A stretch of DNA of 64,000 bases from an uncultured Bacillales bacterium (GCA_946409515.1 CAMJWS010000002.1:76506-140505), one strand, 5' to 3'; positions 48,528 through 58,596 are shown, numbered from the stretch's first letter. Translations and numbers: made by a program. The notes: generated from the letters alone by a model not told the origin.

Positions 48528-48812
48528 TTAGTCTTGTGGAACGACTTTCACGAGTGTTCTGTCTTTGCCAGAACGTTCATACTTCACAACACCATTACAT
48601 GTAGCGAAGATGGTATCGTCTTTACCTTTTTTGGTATTGACTCCAGGATAAATTCTTGTTCCTCTTTGACGGTAGATAATGCTACCTGCATGGCACCATT
48701 GTCCATCGGCGACTTTAGCGCCAAGTCTACGACCAGCAGAATCACGTCCGTTTTTTGTGGAACCGACACCTTTTTTACTAGCAAAGAGTTGGAGATTTAA
48801 TTTAAATAACAT
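48528..48812 (-). CDS. rpmA: 50S ribosomal protein L27 with N-terminal propeptide
   Basis: [25 protein letters not shown]. This is Firmicutes-type pre-L27 with the Prp cleavage motif. Confidence 0.95.
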   Translation of the reverse strand: MLFKLNLQLFASKKGVGSTKNGRDSAGRRLGAKVADGQWCHAGSIIYRQRGTRIYPGVNTKKGKDDTIFATCNGVVKYERSGKDRTLVKVVPQD

Positions 48813-48836
48813 CTTTAATTCCTCTTTTCTACCGAA

Positions 48837-49148
48837 TTACTTATCGGTTTTGATAGCGATGAACTTCGGATTTGATTCGCATATGGTATTTAACCCACAC
48901 ACGATTGTTTCAATCACGACTTCATCATGAGCATCTAATGGACGTTCACTTTTGAATAATGCATGTCCTTCATCTAACTTAATTTCGTAATCTTTAACGT
49001 TCACTAAGTTATTGAATCCTCCAGTCACTACTGCACTGACCGCTGCACAGACAAGATCTTGTCCATATTCAGCTGAGTTAGCGTGACCCTTAACTTCTAA
49101 AAAGTTAATTTGGTTATTAGATGCACGGCCAATTATCACTTTAATCAT
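48837..49148 (-). CDS. prp: ribosomal-processing cysteine protease Prp (YsxB)
   Basis: GHA...G.DLVCAAVSA motif. Lies between rplU and rpmA. Start set at MIKVI, right after the rplU stop. Confidence 0.85.
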   Translation of the reverse strand: MIKVIIGRASNNQINFLEVKGHANSAEYGQDLVCAAVSAVVTGGFNNLVNVKDYEIKLDEGHALFKSERPLDAHDEVVIETIVCGLNTICESNPKFIAIKTDK

Positions 49149-49150
49149 GA

Positions 49151-49459
49151 TTAGGCATTGATAGCTTCGATGACTAAGCAAGTATATGGTTGACGATGAC
49201 CAATGGTCTTGTGTTCGTTAGCCTTTGCTTTGTACTTGAAGACGCGGATTTTTTTGCTTTTGCCTTGTTTCTCGACTTTGGCTGTAACTTTGGCACCTTC
49301 AATGTAAGGATTACCAACTTTGAGAGCCTTGTCTCCAATTAGGAGCACTTTGTCGAGGGTGATTTTTGCACCGACTTCGGCATCGAGTTTTTCGACGTAG
49401 ATTTTGCTACCAACTTCCACGCGAACTTGTTTTCCACCAGTTTCAATAATTGCGTACAT
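49151..49459 (-). CDS. rplU: 50S ribosomal protein L21
   Basis: [12 protein letters not shown]-terminus. 102 aa. Confidence 0.95.
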   Translation of the reverse strand: MYAIIETGGKQVRVEVGSKIYVEKLDAEVGAKITLDKVLLIGDKALKVGNPYIEGAKVTAKVEKQGKSKKIRVFKYKAKANEHKTIGHRQPYTCLVIEAINA

Positions 49460-49560
49460 AATGTCCCTCCTTCTAAATAATCACTAAGTACTCGCTATTA
49501 AGGTACTTATTAAAGTTTCATAACCTTTTCTATGCGGTTGTAGCTAGTGAGGCGACAACG
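49460..49560 (-). promoter_or_regulatory. structured 5' leader of rplU-prp-rpmA (possible L21-type ribosomal leader)
   Basis: About 100-nt UTR with hairpins GCGTTGT...ACAACCGC and AAGTAC...GTACTT. The family assignment is not verified. Confidence 0.35.
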
Positions 49561-49565
49561 CATGT

Positions 49566-49594
49566 AATATAACATAAGTTATAAAAGCGTTCAA
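49566..49594 (-). promoter_or_regulatory. promoter for rplU operon (TTGAAC-17-TATATT)
   Basis: Minus strand reads TTGAAC-GCTTTTATAACTTATGT-TATATT. Confidence 0.55.
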
Positions 49595-49616
49595 CAATAA
49601 ATTAAAGAAATTTTCA

Positions 49617-50303
49617 TTAAGAAAATACTTTAGAGTGAAGAAATGAATAGTATCCTGTTTGTCCGATTATCAGATGATCAAGAAGTTTAACCCCTATCTT
49701 TTCTGCTCTTCGGTTCATTTTTTCGGTAAATGTGATGTCAAAATTACTCGGTAATAATGAGTTATTTGGATGGTTATGGATGAGGTAAAAATAATAGCCA
49801 TTATGGAGCACTAAAAGGTTGATTATTTCGCGGTGTGAAACGCTCATATTTTCTTCATCGCCTTTATACAAAACCTTCTCAAAAATGATTTGTTTATTCT
49901 TATTAAGAATAACTAACACAAAGTTCTCTTGAAACTTGCCCACTAATGAAAGTGCGTATCTTTGGTAAAGAGATTCACTATTAACTTCTGCTTTTTCTTC
50001 ATAAATGAGACGCGTTTTCTCGTTCATTCTTTTAGCGATTTCTATCGTCGCTGCTAGCTTCAAAGCGTTGACTCTCTTTAACCCCTTAAATGAGTGAAAA
50101 TACTGATATGGTTTATTGTATAAAGCCGATAATGAATGGCAGTCATTTAATACTTCTCTTGCAATATCAAGGGAGGAGTGTCCAACTGTTCCAACATTGA
50201 TAATAAGGGCTAATAACTCCTCATCACTTAATGTTTCAATCCCAAATCTAGCCGCTTTTTCGCGTGGTTTATCTAGAGTGGGTAAATCATCTATCTTGCC
50301 CAT
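49617..50303 (-). CDS. radC: RadC-family JAB/MPN domain protein
   Basis: HhH-like N-terminus and JAMM-like motif HNHPNNSLLPSNFD. The ATG at 50303 forms a TAATG overlap with the upstream small ORF and is preferred over TTG 50324. Confidence 0.85.
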   Translation of the reverse strand: MGKIDDLPTLDKPREKAARFGIETLSDEELLALIINVGTVGHSSLDIAREVLNDCHSLSALYNKPYQYFHSFKGLKRVNALKLAATIEIAKRMNEKTRLIYEEKAEVNSESLYQRYALSLVGKFQENFVLVILNKNKQIIFEKVLYKGDEENMSVSHREIINLLVLHNGYYFYLIHNHPNNSLLPSNFDITFTEKMNRRAEKIGVKLLDHLIIGQTGYYSFLHSKVFS

Positions 50304-50485
50304 TAATTCCAAGAGAATTTCCAACCGCCTGGGACAGTGGCACTGCCTTTAGAGGAACGGAACAAACGATAGACTACTACTGCCATGATGGCGACGCATA
50401 AAATAGCCATCACCGCGGTCACTGTAATTGCTTCACCAACATAATGGTTTTGCATCTCTTCTTCGCTGAGTAATGTATAAGTCAT
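50303..50485 (-). CDS. 60-aa single-pass membrane protein, unknown function
   Basis: Strong RBS AAGGAGG 8 nt upstream, one TM helix (AITVTAVMAILCVAIMAVVVY), translationally coupled to radC. Confidence 0.5.
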   Translation of the reverse strand: MTYTLLSEEEMQNHYVGEAITVTAVMAILCVAIMAVVVYRLFRSSKGSATVPGGWKFSWN

Positions 50486-50541
50486 AAAAAAAGACCTCCT
50501 TATAAATTAAATAGGGAGGTTTTTTCAAATTTGTCCGAAAA

Positions 50542-53136
50542 TTATGCAATTTTTTTCTTTTTTTCTAATAAAACTTGTAAATTCTCTTGATGTTTGGCTA
50601 ATTTTTCTCTTTCTAAAGCAATCTTAGCCTCAGGAGCTTTATTGATAAAGTTAGGATTATTAAGCATATTTTCGCAGCGCTTAATCTCGTTATTTAAGGC
50701 TTCAATATCTTTGTCTAACTTAGCAAGAAGTTCTGCTTTATTGACGTTACTTGCGATATAAAGTTCTGCTTCGTTATAGATATGAGCTTCACCTTCAACG
50801 TGTTCGTCTTTATTTAAGAGTTTAACTTCAGAAAAACTGAATCTCTTGAGGTAGGCTAGGAAGCCATCAAACATTTCTTCTTTAATTAATAAAGATAAGT
50901 CAAGGTTAGCGTTAGGCGCTAATTTGTTTTCAATTTTGTAGTTTCTCACATCCTTAATGAGATTGAATAAAAGATCAACTTGATAGTCTTTAGATTCATC
51001 CACTAAGTTATCTTCATATTTTGGATAACTTTCAAGCATGATGGACTCTAAATGGCTTGGTAAAGAACAATATAATTCTTCTGCGATAAATGGAGTATAT
51101 GGATAGATAAGAAGAATAATATTCTTCAAGCACTTTAATAAGACCGCTTTTGTGGTGTTCTTCACTTCTTCGTTTTCGCTATTTAGAGCGACTTTAGACA
51201 TTTCTAAGTATTGTGAGCAGAAATCATCATAAACAAAGTTATATAAGTGGTTACTAGCCGCATTGAAGTCATATTTATCCATATTAATGGTGACATTCTT
51301 AATTGTGGTATTAAGTCTATTAATAATCCACTTATCCAAAGCGGACATCTTATCTAGAGATAATTCACTTTCCTTATAGTCATCGCCAAGGATAGATAAC
51401 ACGTAACGCGCGCTATTCCATATTTTATTTAAATAATTAGAAGCAGCTTGGACTTTCTCATCGATATATCTCATATCTTGTCCAGGTGTACTGTTAGTAG
51501 TTAAGAAATATCTAAGAGCGTCCGCACCATAATCAGCAATGACTTGAATTGGGTCAACACCATTACCTAATGTCTTTGACATTTTACGGCCAAGTTCATC
51601 TCTAACTAAGCCATGGATAACAACTTCTTTAAATGGTCTTTGGCCAGTCATTTCTAAGCTTTCAAAAATCATTCTTGAAACCCAGAAGAAGATAATGTCA
51701 TAACCAGTGACTAAAACATCAGTTGGGAAATATCTTTCTAAATCTGGTGTCTTATTTGGCCAGCCCATTGTGGAGAATGGCCATAGCTGTGAGGAGAACC
51801 ATGTATCAAGAACATCGCTTTCTTGTTCCCAGTTTTCCATATCCGCTGGTGGATCCATTAAAACCTTAACTTCACCTGTGTGCTTATTGTAATAAGCAGG
51901 AATACGGTGACCCCACCATAATTGACGAGAAATGCACCAGTCTTCCGCTTTTTCCATCCATTGGATAAAGACTTTTTCAAATCTTTCTGGCACGAAGTTA
52001 ACTTTTGTGGATTTCTTTCTTTGGTTAGCTAAAGCTTGTTCCGCGAGTGGGCGCATCTTAATAAACCATTGTTTAGAAAGCATTGGTTCGACAACCGCGT
52101 TACTTCTTTCACTATGACCAACTGGGTGAACGATTTCTTCTTGTTTAACAAAGTTACCTTCTTTTTTAATGTTTTCAATCAAGGCTTCACGACAGACGAA
52201 TCTGTCCATGCCTTTGTATTGGCCACACTTTTCATTCATCGTGGCATCTTTATTAAAGATGATTGGCTTTTCTAAGCCATATTTTTCACCGATGATAAAG
52301 TCATTTGGATCATGAGCAGGTGTACATTTCATCGCGCCTGTTCCAAAATCAATATCAACGTATTCATCACAAATAATTGGTAATTCATCATGGTTAGCAG
52401 GGTTTATAACCTTCATTCCATGATATTTTGTGTATCTCTTATCTTTAGGATTAACGACCACGCAGACGTCACCGAACATAGTTTCTGGTCTAGTTGTGGC
52501 GACGATTAAGGATTCATCACTACCGACAATTGGGTATTTGAAATAATACATATAGCCCTTGTCATCTTGGTGAATAACTTCAACGTTACTAAGAGCGGTC
52601 ATTTGCACTGGATCCCAGTTAATGATTCTTTCGCCTTGGTAAATTAATCCTTTGTTATATAAAGTCACGAAGACTGTTCTTACTGCATAATTTAAGCCTT
52701 CATCAAGAGTGAATCTTTCCTTGTTATAGTCAAGGGCGAGACCCATTTGAGCCCACTGTTCATGGATGTGGCTAGCGTATTCATCTTTCCAACCCCATGC
52801 CCACTTTAAAAACTCTTCTCTTGTGATTTTTGTCACGTCTTTTCCCATATTTCTGAGCTTTTCCATGACTTTAGCTTGGGTGGCAATACCAGCGTGATCC
52901 ATGCCTGGAAGCCATAAAACATCATAGCCTTGCATCTTCTTATAGCGAACAATAATGTCTTGAATTGTTGTATCCCAAGTGTGACCAATATGTAATTTAC
53001 CAGTAACGTTTGGAGGTGGGATGACAATGCTAAATGGTTTCTTAGAAATATCGCCACTTGCAAAATATCCAGCTTCTTTCCATTTCTGGTATTTTCCTTT
53101 TTCCACTTCAAGATGGTTATAACGTTTTTCTAACAT
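50542..53136 (-). CDS. valS: valine--tRNA ligase
   Basis: HIGH (KLHIGH), KMSKS (KMSKT), editing domain, C-terminal coiled coil. Confidence 0.97.
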   Translation of the reverse strand: MLEKRYNHLEVEKGKYQKWKEAGYFASGDISKKPFSIVIPPPNVTGKLHIGHTWDTTIQDIIVRYKKMQGYDVLWLPGMDHAGIATQAKVMEKLRNMGKDVTKITREEFLKWAWGWKDEYASHIHEQWAQMGLALDYNKERFTLDEGLNYAVRTVFVTLYNKGLIYQGERIINWDPVQMTALSNVEVIHQDDKGYMYYFKYPIVGSDESLIVATTRPETMFGDVCVVVNPKDKRYTKYHGMKVINPANHDELPIICDEYVDIDFGTGAMKCTPAHDPNDFIIGEKYGLEKPIIFNKDATMNEKCGQYKGMDRFVCREALIENIKKEGNFVKQEEIVHPVGHSERSNAVVEPMLSKQWFIKMRPLAEQALANQRKKSTKVNFVPERFEKVFIQWMEKAEDWCISRQLWWGHRIPAYYNKHTGEVKVLMDPPADMENWEQESDVLDTWFSSQLWPFSTMGWPNKTPDLERYFPTDVLVTGYDIIFFWVSRMIFESLEMTGQRPFKEVVIHGLVRDELGRKMSKTLGNGVDPIQVIADYGADALRYFLTTNSTPGQDMRYIDEKVQAASNYLNKIWNSARYVLSILGDDYKESELSLDKMSALDKWIINRLNTTIKNVTINMDKYDFNAASNHLYNFVYDDFCSQYLEMSKVALNSENEEVKNTTKAVLLKCLKNIILLIYPYTPFIAEELYCSLPSHLESIMLESYPKYEDNLVDESKDYQVDLLFNLIKDVRNYKIENKLAPNANLDLSLLIKEEMFDGFLAYLKRFSFSEVKLLNKDEHVEGEAHIYNEAELYIASNVNKAELLAKLDKDIEALNNEIKRCENMLNNPNFINKAPEAKIALEREKLAKHQENLQVLLEKKKKIA

Positions 53137-53139
53137 AAT

Positions 53140-53345
53140 AAGATCTCCTATAAAATAAAAACGCCCTATCTAAGGACGCTATCAGCGTGGTACCACCTTA
53201 GTTCGTAGAATCCTCTACGCACTTCATTAACCTATTTTCGCTAGGTAACGATTCCTCCAAAGCGACCTTCATCTACTTCTTCTATCGAGCTTCCACCATC
53301 CTCGATTCTCTATGAGAAGACTTATAGACTACTCCTCTTCTTCAA
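53140..53345 (-). promoter_or_regulatory. T-box leader riboswitch controlling valS (candidate specifier GUA at 53274-53276)
   Basis: Minus strand shows AGAGA...GGTGGAA stem I elements, the T-box sequence AACTAAGGTGGTACCACGCTG, and then the terminator CGTCCT-tagat-AGGGCG followed by TTTTTATTTT (53151-53178). Confidence 0.8.
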
Positions 53346-53356
53346 CGGACGCTTAC

Positions 53357-53384
53357 ATTATACTAAATTAAAGGCTATTCTCAA
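53357..53384 (-). promoter_or_regulatory. promoter for the valS T-box leader (TTGAGA-16-TATAAT)
   Basis: The -10 lies just past the engB stop, and the -35 is inside the engB 3' end. Confidence 0.5.
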
Positions 53385-53946
53385 TCCCTTTTTTCAAAAG
53401 AGATAAACTATCGTTCTTTAGTATCGATGTATAAAATACTTGCTCGTTATTTAGACCCATTTCTTTTAGGTATCTATTAAGAGCAGATTTTTCCTTTTGA
53501 TTAATCTTATCGTATTTAGTGATGACAAGGGCAAAAGGAATATTGTTTTCTTTCACGTATTCAACGATCTCTAAGTCATCTTCGCTAAGCTCTCTTCTTG
53601 CATCAAGAAGGATTAAAACGAGCTTCAAATCAGCATTATTATCAAAATAAGAAGACATCATTTCAGCGAATAACCTGTCAAGATCAATACCCCCTTTAGC
53701 GTAGCCATATCCAGGAGCATCCACAAGATAAAATTTATTGTCGATATCGTAATAATTTAATAATCTAGTATGACCTGGTTTACTACTTGTAAAGGCGAGT
53801 TTTTTCTTTTGTGTTAAGGCGTTAATAAGACTGGATTTACCAACATTAGAACGCCCAACGATTAAAACCTCAGGTTTTTGTGCCTGAGGTTTTTCATTTC
53901 TATTCGGGCAAGATTTGATGAATGTCGCATTTAGAAAATTAATCAT
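53368..53946 (-). CDS. engB: ribosome biogenesis GTP-binding protein EngB/YsxC
   Basis: G1 GRSNVGKSS, DAPGYG, TKYDK. Overlaps the lon stop (ATGA-like). Confidence 0.9.
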   Translation of the reverse strand: MINFLNATFIKSCPNRNEKPQAQKPEVLIVGRSNVGKSSLINALTQKKKLAFTSSKPGHTRLLNYYDIDNKFYLVDAPGYGYAKGGIDLDRLFAEMMSSYFDNNADLKLVLILLDARRELSEDDLEIVEYVKENNIPFALVITKYDKINQKEKSALNRYLKEMGLNNEQVFYTSILKNDSLSLLKKGIENSL

Positions 53947-56270
53947 CTGACAAAACTTTCCTTAACAGCATCTTCCACGGAGGACATATAGACAATTTGT
54001 AATGTGTCTTTTACTTCCTTCGGAAGTTCATCAACATCTTTCTTGTTGTCCTTTGGAACAACAATTTTCTTAATGCCACTACGGAGAGCGGCTAAAGATT
54101 TTTCTCTTAAACCACCGATTGGTAAAGCTTGACCTCTTAAGGTGACTTCACCAGTCATAGCGACGTCTGGAGAAACTGGACGATGGCTGAGACATGAGAT
54201 AATCGCACATGTCATGGCCACACCCGCACTTGGACCGTCCTTTGGTACAGCGCCTTCAGGAACGTGAATATGAATATCGCTATTAACGAATAAGTCAGGA
54301 TCGACTTGGAAGGCTTCAGCGTTACTCTTGACATAGTCAAGGGCAATGCTTGCACTTTCCTTCATCACGTCACCTAAATGACCAGTTAAGATGAGGGAAC
54401 CTTTACCTTTGAAGTAGTTAACTTCGATTGGTAAGATGTCACCACCATATTCAGTATAGGCTAAGCCAGTCACAACACCGACTTGTGGTTCTTTTTCTTT
54501 TTGTGTGTCTTCAAAGTATGGAACACCTAAGAATTCTCTAACTTTTTCAACGTTAATTGTGGTCACGCCACAATCAGGATTCTTAACAAAGTTAACCGCG
54601 ACTTTTCTTAAGCAAGAGGCAATCTTTCTTTCGAGTTCACGGACACCCGCTTCACGTGTATAAGAACGGATGATAAATCTTAAGGCATCGTCTTCAAAGA
54701 CGACTTGTTCTGGTTTTAAACCGTTAAGAGAGATTTGTTTAGCCACTAAGTGTTCCTTAGCGATGTGCATCTTTTCAATCTCTGTATAAGAGGAGAGTTG
54801 GATGAGTTCTAAACGGTCTCTTAATGGACCAGGGATATTTTCTAAGTAGTTAGCGGTACAGATGAAGAGAACATCACTTAAATCATATGGTTCTTCAACA
54901 TAGTTGTCGTTGAATTGATTGTTTTGTTCTGGATCAAGGACCTCTAATAAGGCACTGGCTGGGTCGCCTTTATAGCTAGAAGCGAGTTTATCGACTTCGT
55001 CGAGTAAAAATACTGGGTTAGTCACTCCCGCTTTTCTCATGCCTTGAATAATACGACCTGGAAGAGCGCCGACATAGGTTCTTCTATGACCTCTAATTTC
55101 TGCTTCATCGGAAATACCACCTAAGGAGCACTTGAAGAATTTTCTTCCTAACGCTCTAGCGATGGATTTGCCTAAAGAAGTTTTACCTGTACCTGGAGGG
55201 CCATAGAAACAGAGAATTGGGGATTTTAAGTTACCAGTTAACTTCTTAATAGCTAAGTATTCAACAATTCTCTTCTTTGGATTCTCTAAACCATAATGGT
55301 CTTCATCTAAGATGGCTTCGACGTGTTTAAGGTCTTCATCATCTTCAGTCTTTTCCCACCATGGGATGTTCATTAAAACATCTAAGTAGCTTTGAATCAA
55401 AGCACCTTCTAAGGATCCTTGAGGCATCATATCGAACTTAGAAAGTTCACTTTTAACTTTCTTTTTGATGTTTTCTGGATAAGGATTCTTCTCTATCTTT
55501 TCTAAGATGGATTCAGGAGAATTAGCACTATCGGTGTTTTCACCTAATTCTTTCTTAATGGCTTTGAGTTTTTCTCTTAAGAAATACTCTTTTTGGCTCT
55601 TTTCGGTGGATTCTCTCACTGAGTTAGCGATGTTTTCATCGATTTGAGCTTTGGTTTGTTCGCCAGAGATGAGAAGTAAAATCTTCTCCATTAATTCATT
55701 AACGTTGTTACATTCTAAGATCGCTTGTTTCTCTTCTGTAGAACATTGGAGATTGCTCGCTAAAATGTAACATAAAGAAGCCGCATCCTTAACTTTGTTA
55801 ACTTGGTTAAGGGTGCTCTTATTTAATAATGATAAAACGTTTGGTAAATTGTTTAATTTATCAACAATTGCGCGGATGATGGAATCATTGGTGATTTCAT
55901 CCATCATTGGGACATTGTCGATAGTACCATTAGCGACGTAATAGCCATTAGTTTGGTCATAGGAGATATCGTTTAAAACGATTCTTTCCACGACATCAAC
56001 ACGCACTCTCACTAAATCGCCTTTTTCCACGATGGAAACAATACGGCATAAAGTACCAACATGATAAATTGTCTCGAAATCGATAGTTTCATCATTTGGG
56101 TTCTTTTGACAAGCGACAAATAATAAAGAGTCCGCTTGTAAATGCGCCGCATGAATCGCGTTAATTGAGAAGCTTCTTCCTGCTTCTATTGGTTGAATAG
56201 TGCTAGGAAAAAGCACGAAACTACGTGTTGGAAGTAATGGTAATGTCAATGTTTGGGGTCTATCGCTCAT
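53943..56270 (-). CDS. lon: ATP-dependent Lon protease (LonA)
   Basis: LON N-domain, Walker A GPPGTGKTS, protease serine motif PKDGPSAG. Confidence 0.95.
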   Translation of the reverse strand: MSDRPQTLTLPLLPTRSFVLFPSTIQPIEAGRSFSINAIHAAHLQADSLLFVACQKNPNDETIDFETIYHVGTLCRIVSIVEKGDLVRVRVDVVERIVLNDISYDQTNGYYVANGTIDNVPMMDEITNDSIIRAIVDKLNNLPNVLSLLNKSTLNQVNKVKDAASLCYILASNLQCSTEEKQAILECNNVNELMEKILLLISGEQTKAQIDENIANSVRESTEKSQKEYFLREKLKAIKKELGENTDSANSPESILEKIEKNPYPENIKKKVKSELSKFDMMPQGSLEGALIQSYLDVLMNIPWWEKTEDDEDLKHVEAILDEDHYGLENPKKRIVEYLAIKKLTGNLKSPILCFYGPPGTGKTSLGKSIARALGRKFFKCSLGGISDEAEIRGHRRTYVGALPGRIIQGMRKAGVTNPVFLLDEVDKLASSYKGDPASALLEVLDPEQNNQFNDNYVEEPYDLSDVLFICTANYLENIPGPLRDRLELIQLSSYTEIEKMHIAKEHLVAKQISLNGLKPEQVVFEDDALRFIIRSYTREAGVRELERKIASCLRKVAVNFVKNPDCGVTTINVEKVREFLGVPYFEDTQKEKEPQVGVVTGLAYTEYGGDILPIEVNYFKGKGSLILTGHLGDVMKESASIALDYVKSNAEAFQVDPDLFVNSDIHIHVPEGAVPKDGPSAGVAMTCAIISCLSHRPVSPDVAMTGEVTLRGQALPIGGLREKSLAALRSGIKKIVVPKDNKKDVDELPKEVKDTLQIVYMSSVEDAVKESFVR

Positions 56271-56293
56271 ATAAATGACCTCCTTAATTTAAA

Positions 56294-57571
56294 TTACTTG
56301 TTGTTTTCGAATAAGAAGTTTTCAATCTTTTGCATGATAAGATTGTGACGGAATTGACCTAATTGTTGACCTAAAGCATCTTTGACTTGGTCAATAGTTA
56401 AATTGTATTGTTCCGCCATTTTGGAAAGTTCGAATTCTAATTCTTCTTCGGTGATGTTGAGTTTTTCTTTTTCACCAACAGAATCCATGACGAAGAATGA
56501 TTCTAAACCTTTTCTAGCTTCTTCAGCTAATTGCTTATTAAGATCTTCTTCTTTGGTCTTAGTTAAGACATAGTATTGTTCTAAATCGATACCAGATTGT
56601 TGTAATCTTTGTTCGAATTGTTTTTTACGGTTTTCAGTTTCTTCTTTGATGATTTCTTCTGGGATATCGAATGTAGAAACTTTCTTGATTTCATCAACTA
56701 ATTTGTTGAGATATTCTTGTTTAGCGTTAGCTTCTTTTTGCTTTAATAAAGCATCTTTTCTATTAGCCTTGAGTTGTTCTAAGTTAGCAACTTCTGGGAT
56801 GTTTAAGTCTTTGATGAATTCTTCATCTAATTCAGGTAAGACTTTTTGTTTCACTTCGTGAATCTTGCAGTGGAAGACTGCATCTTTACCAGAAATTTCA
56901 TCTGGACCATAGTTTTCTGGGAATTTGACTTTAACATCAACTTCAATACCGGCTGTAGCACCGATTAATTGATCTTCAAAGCCTGGGATGAAGGCACCAC
57001 TACCTAATTCTAATTCGTGGTTTTCGGCGGCACCGCCTTCAAATGGGACACCATCGATTGAACCTTCAAAGTCCATAACGACTGTATCGCCTTTTTCAGC
57101 TTGACCTTCTTTTGGTGCGATTGTGGCATATTGTCTTCTTAAGCCTTCAATATCAGCGTCAACTTCTTTATCAGTGACTTCCACTTTGGCTTTGCCTAAT
57201 TCATAGCCAGTATATTTACCGAGATTAATTTCTGGACGTGTGGCGATTGTGACTCTAATTTCTAAATCTTCTTCGCTTAATTTTGTGACATCAAATGCTG
57301 GTCTAGCGACTGGTTGGATGTCTTCGTTTTTTAAGATGTCTTCATAAACTGGTTGTAAGACGTTATTGATAGCTTCGTTGAAGACTTCCATTTGGTTGAC
57401 ACGGCCTTTGAGCATATTGGCTGGGGCTTTACCTTTACGGAAACCAGGAACGGTGATGTTACTAGCAACTTTGTTAAAAGCTTTTTGTTGAGCTTTTTTC
57501 CATAAATCTTTGTCCACATTGACTAACACTTCTGTATGGCAGTGTTCTAATTTGGTTACTTTTCTTTCCAT
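56294..57571 (-). CDS. tig: trigger factor
   Basis: Ribosome-binding GFRKGKAP motif, central FKBP domain, 425 aa. Confidence 0.93.
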   Translation of the reverse strand: MERKVTKLEHCHTEVLVNVDKDLWKKAQQKAFNKVASNITVPGFRKGKAPANMLKGRVNQMEVFNEAINNVLQPVYEDILKNEDIQPVARPAFDVTKLSEEDLEIRVTIATRPEINLGKYTGYELGKAKVEVTDKEVDADIEGLRRQYATIAPKEGQAEKGDTVVMDFEGSIDGVPFEGGAAENHELELGSGAFIPGFEDQLIGATAGIEVDVKVKFPENYGPDEISGKDAVFHCKIHEVKQKVLPELDEEFIKDLNIPEVANLEQLKANRKDALLKQKEANAKQEYLNKLVDEIKKVSTFDIPEEIIKEETENRKKQFEQRLQQSGIDLEQYYVLTKTKEEDLNKQLAEEARKGLESFFVMDSVGEKEKLNITEEELEFELSKMAEQYNLTIDQVKDALGQQLGQFRHNLIMQKIENFLFENNK

Positions 57572-57624
57572 GATTAATATTTATCCTTTCAAATGTGTGC
57601 GTGTATAAATATATCACGTGTGTA

Positions 57625-57651
57625 AAATAAAAAACAAGCAAAAGCGCTTGT
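57625..57651 (-). terminator. intrinsic terminator upstream of tig
   Basis: Minus strand: ACAAGC-gctttt-GCTTGT followed by TTTTTATTTT. Confidence 0.65.
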
Positions 57652-57678
57652 ATTTTCTTTATAAAGAAGTTCTTAAAA

Positions 57679-58593
57679 CTAAAAATCTTCCAAATGGGCT
57701 TTAATTTTATTAACTTCTTCACGAATTTCTTCTTCGTTAAGGTTATATCTCTCACACATCTTAGTGAGACTATTATCTCTAGTTTGGAGTAATTCTTTTG
57801 CAATATAGCCAAAGATGACTAAGAGTTCCTCTTTTGAGTAGTTCACACTGTTAGGGTAGATATAAACCATATAGGAAGAAAGTATGTTAATTGCATTCTG
57901 AGAGATGGTTGGATCACGGTACTCATTTTGGAAGAGTGATAATACATTATCAATATTCCCTATTCCTTTAATAATGAATGGTTCATCTAACTCATTAGGT
58001 ACAACTTCAATAAGTTTATCACCGTGCATGAATTCCACTTTCTTACCATATTTATTCGCCACAAGTAAAAGAAGAGCGTAAGTTCTCACTAGTTGCTTTG
58101 GATAATTCTTCATAACATTGAAGATTGGAAGGAGGAAGTTTTCAAGCTTTTGGCCGCGTACTGCATCCAAAGCGCTTAAGACATCCGCATCACTTTTTGA
58201 GAGGAGTCTTTTTCTAATTTCATCTTGACCTACTTCTTGACGTTTATAGAGTTTGATTTCTTCTTCTCTAATGTATTTTGGAAGACTATTTAAAAGTTCT
58301 TCTGTTTCTTGATTCTCGTAAGGCAATTCTTGGTAATAACGAAGTTCACTATAAGCTTCATCAAACTTACCTAATAAGCATAATAATTCAATATGGATTT
58401 TCATTAGAACGCCTGGCTTATTTAGTAAGATTTGTCTTTTCGCATTAATTAACTTTAAAGCATCCTCGCTTTTGCCAGTGGCCAACAAAGCACTGAGACG
58501 ATAAAAGAGGGCTAAAGAGTCTTGACTATTCTCCGTTAACTTCAAGACTAAATCATATTGTTTTTTATCCATTAAACTTTTTAATGAGTCCAT
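57679..58593 (-). CDS. helical-repeat (TPR-like) protein, YsoA-like by position
   Basis: All-helical repeats with A/L/Y periodicity. It occupies the slot upstream of tig that holds the TPR protein YsoA in B. subtilis (from memory). Confidence 0.5.
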   Translation of the reverse strand: MDSLKSLMDKKQYDLVLKLTENSQDSLALFYRLSALLATGKSEDALKLINAKRQILLNKPGVLMKIHIELLCLLGKFDEAYSELRYYQELPYENQETEELLNSLPKYIREEEIKLYKRQEVGQDEIRKRLLSKSDADVLSALDAVRGQKLENFLLPIFNVMKNYPKQLVRTYALLLLVANKYGKKVEFMHGDKLIEVVPNELDEPFIIKGIGNIDNVLSLFQNEYRDPTISQNAINILSSYMVYIYPNSVNYSKEELLVIFGYIAKELLQTRDNSLTKMCERYNLNEEEIREEVNKIKAHLEDF

Positions 58594-58596
58594 AAT

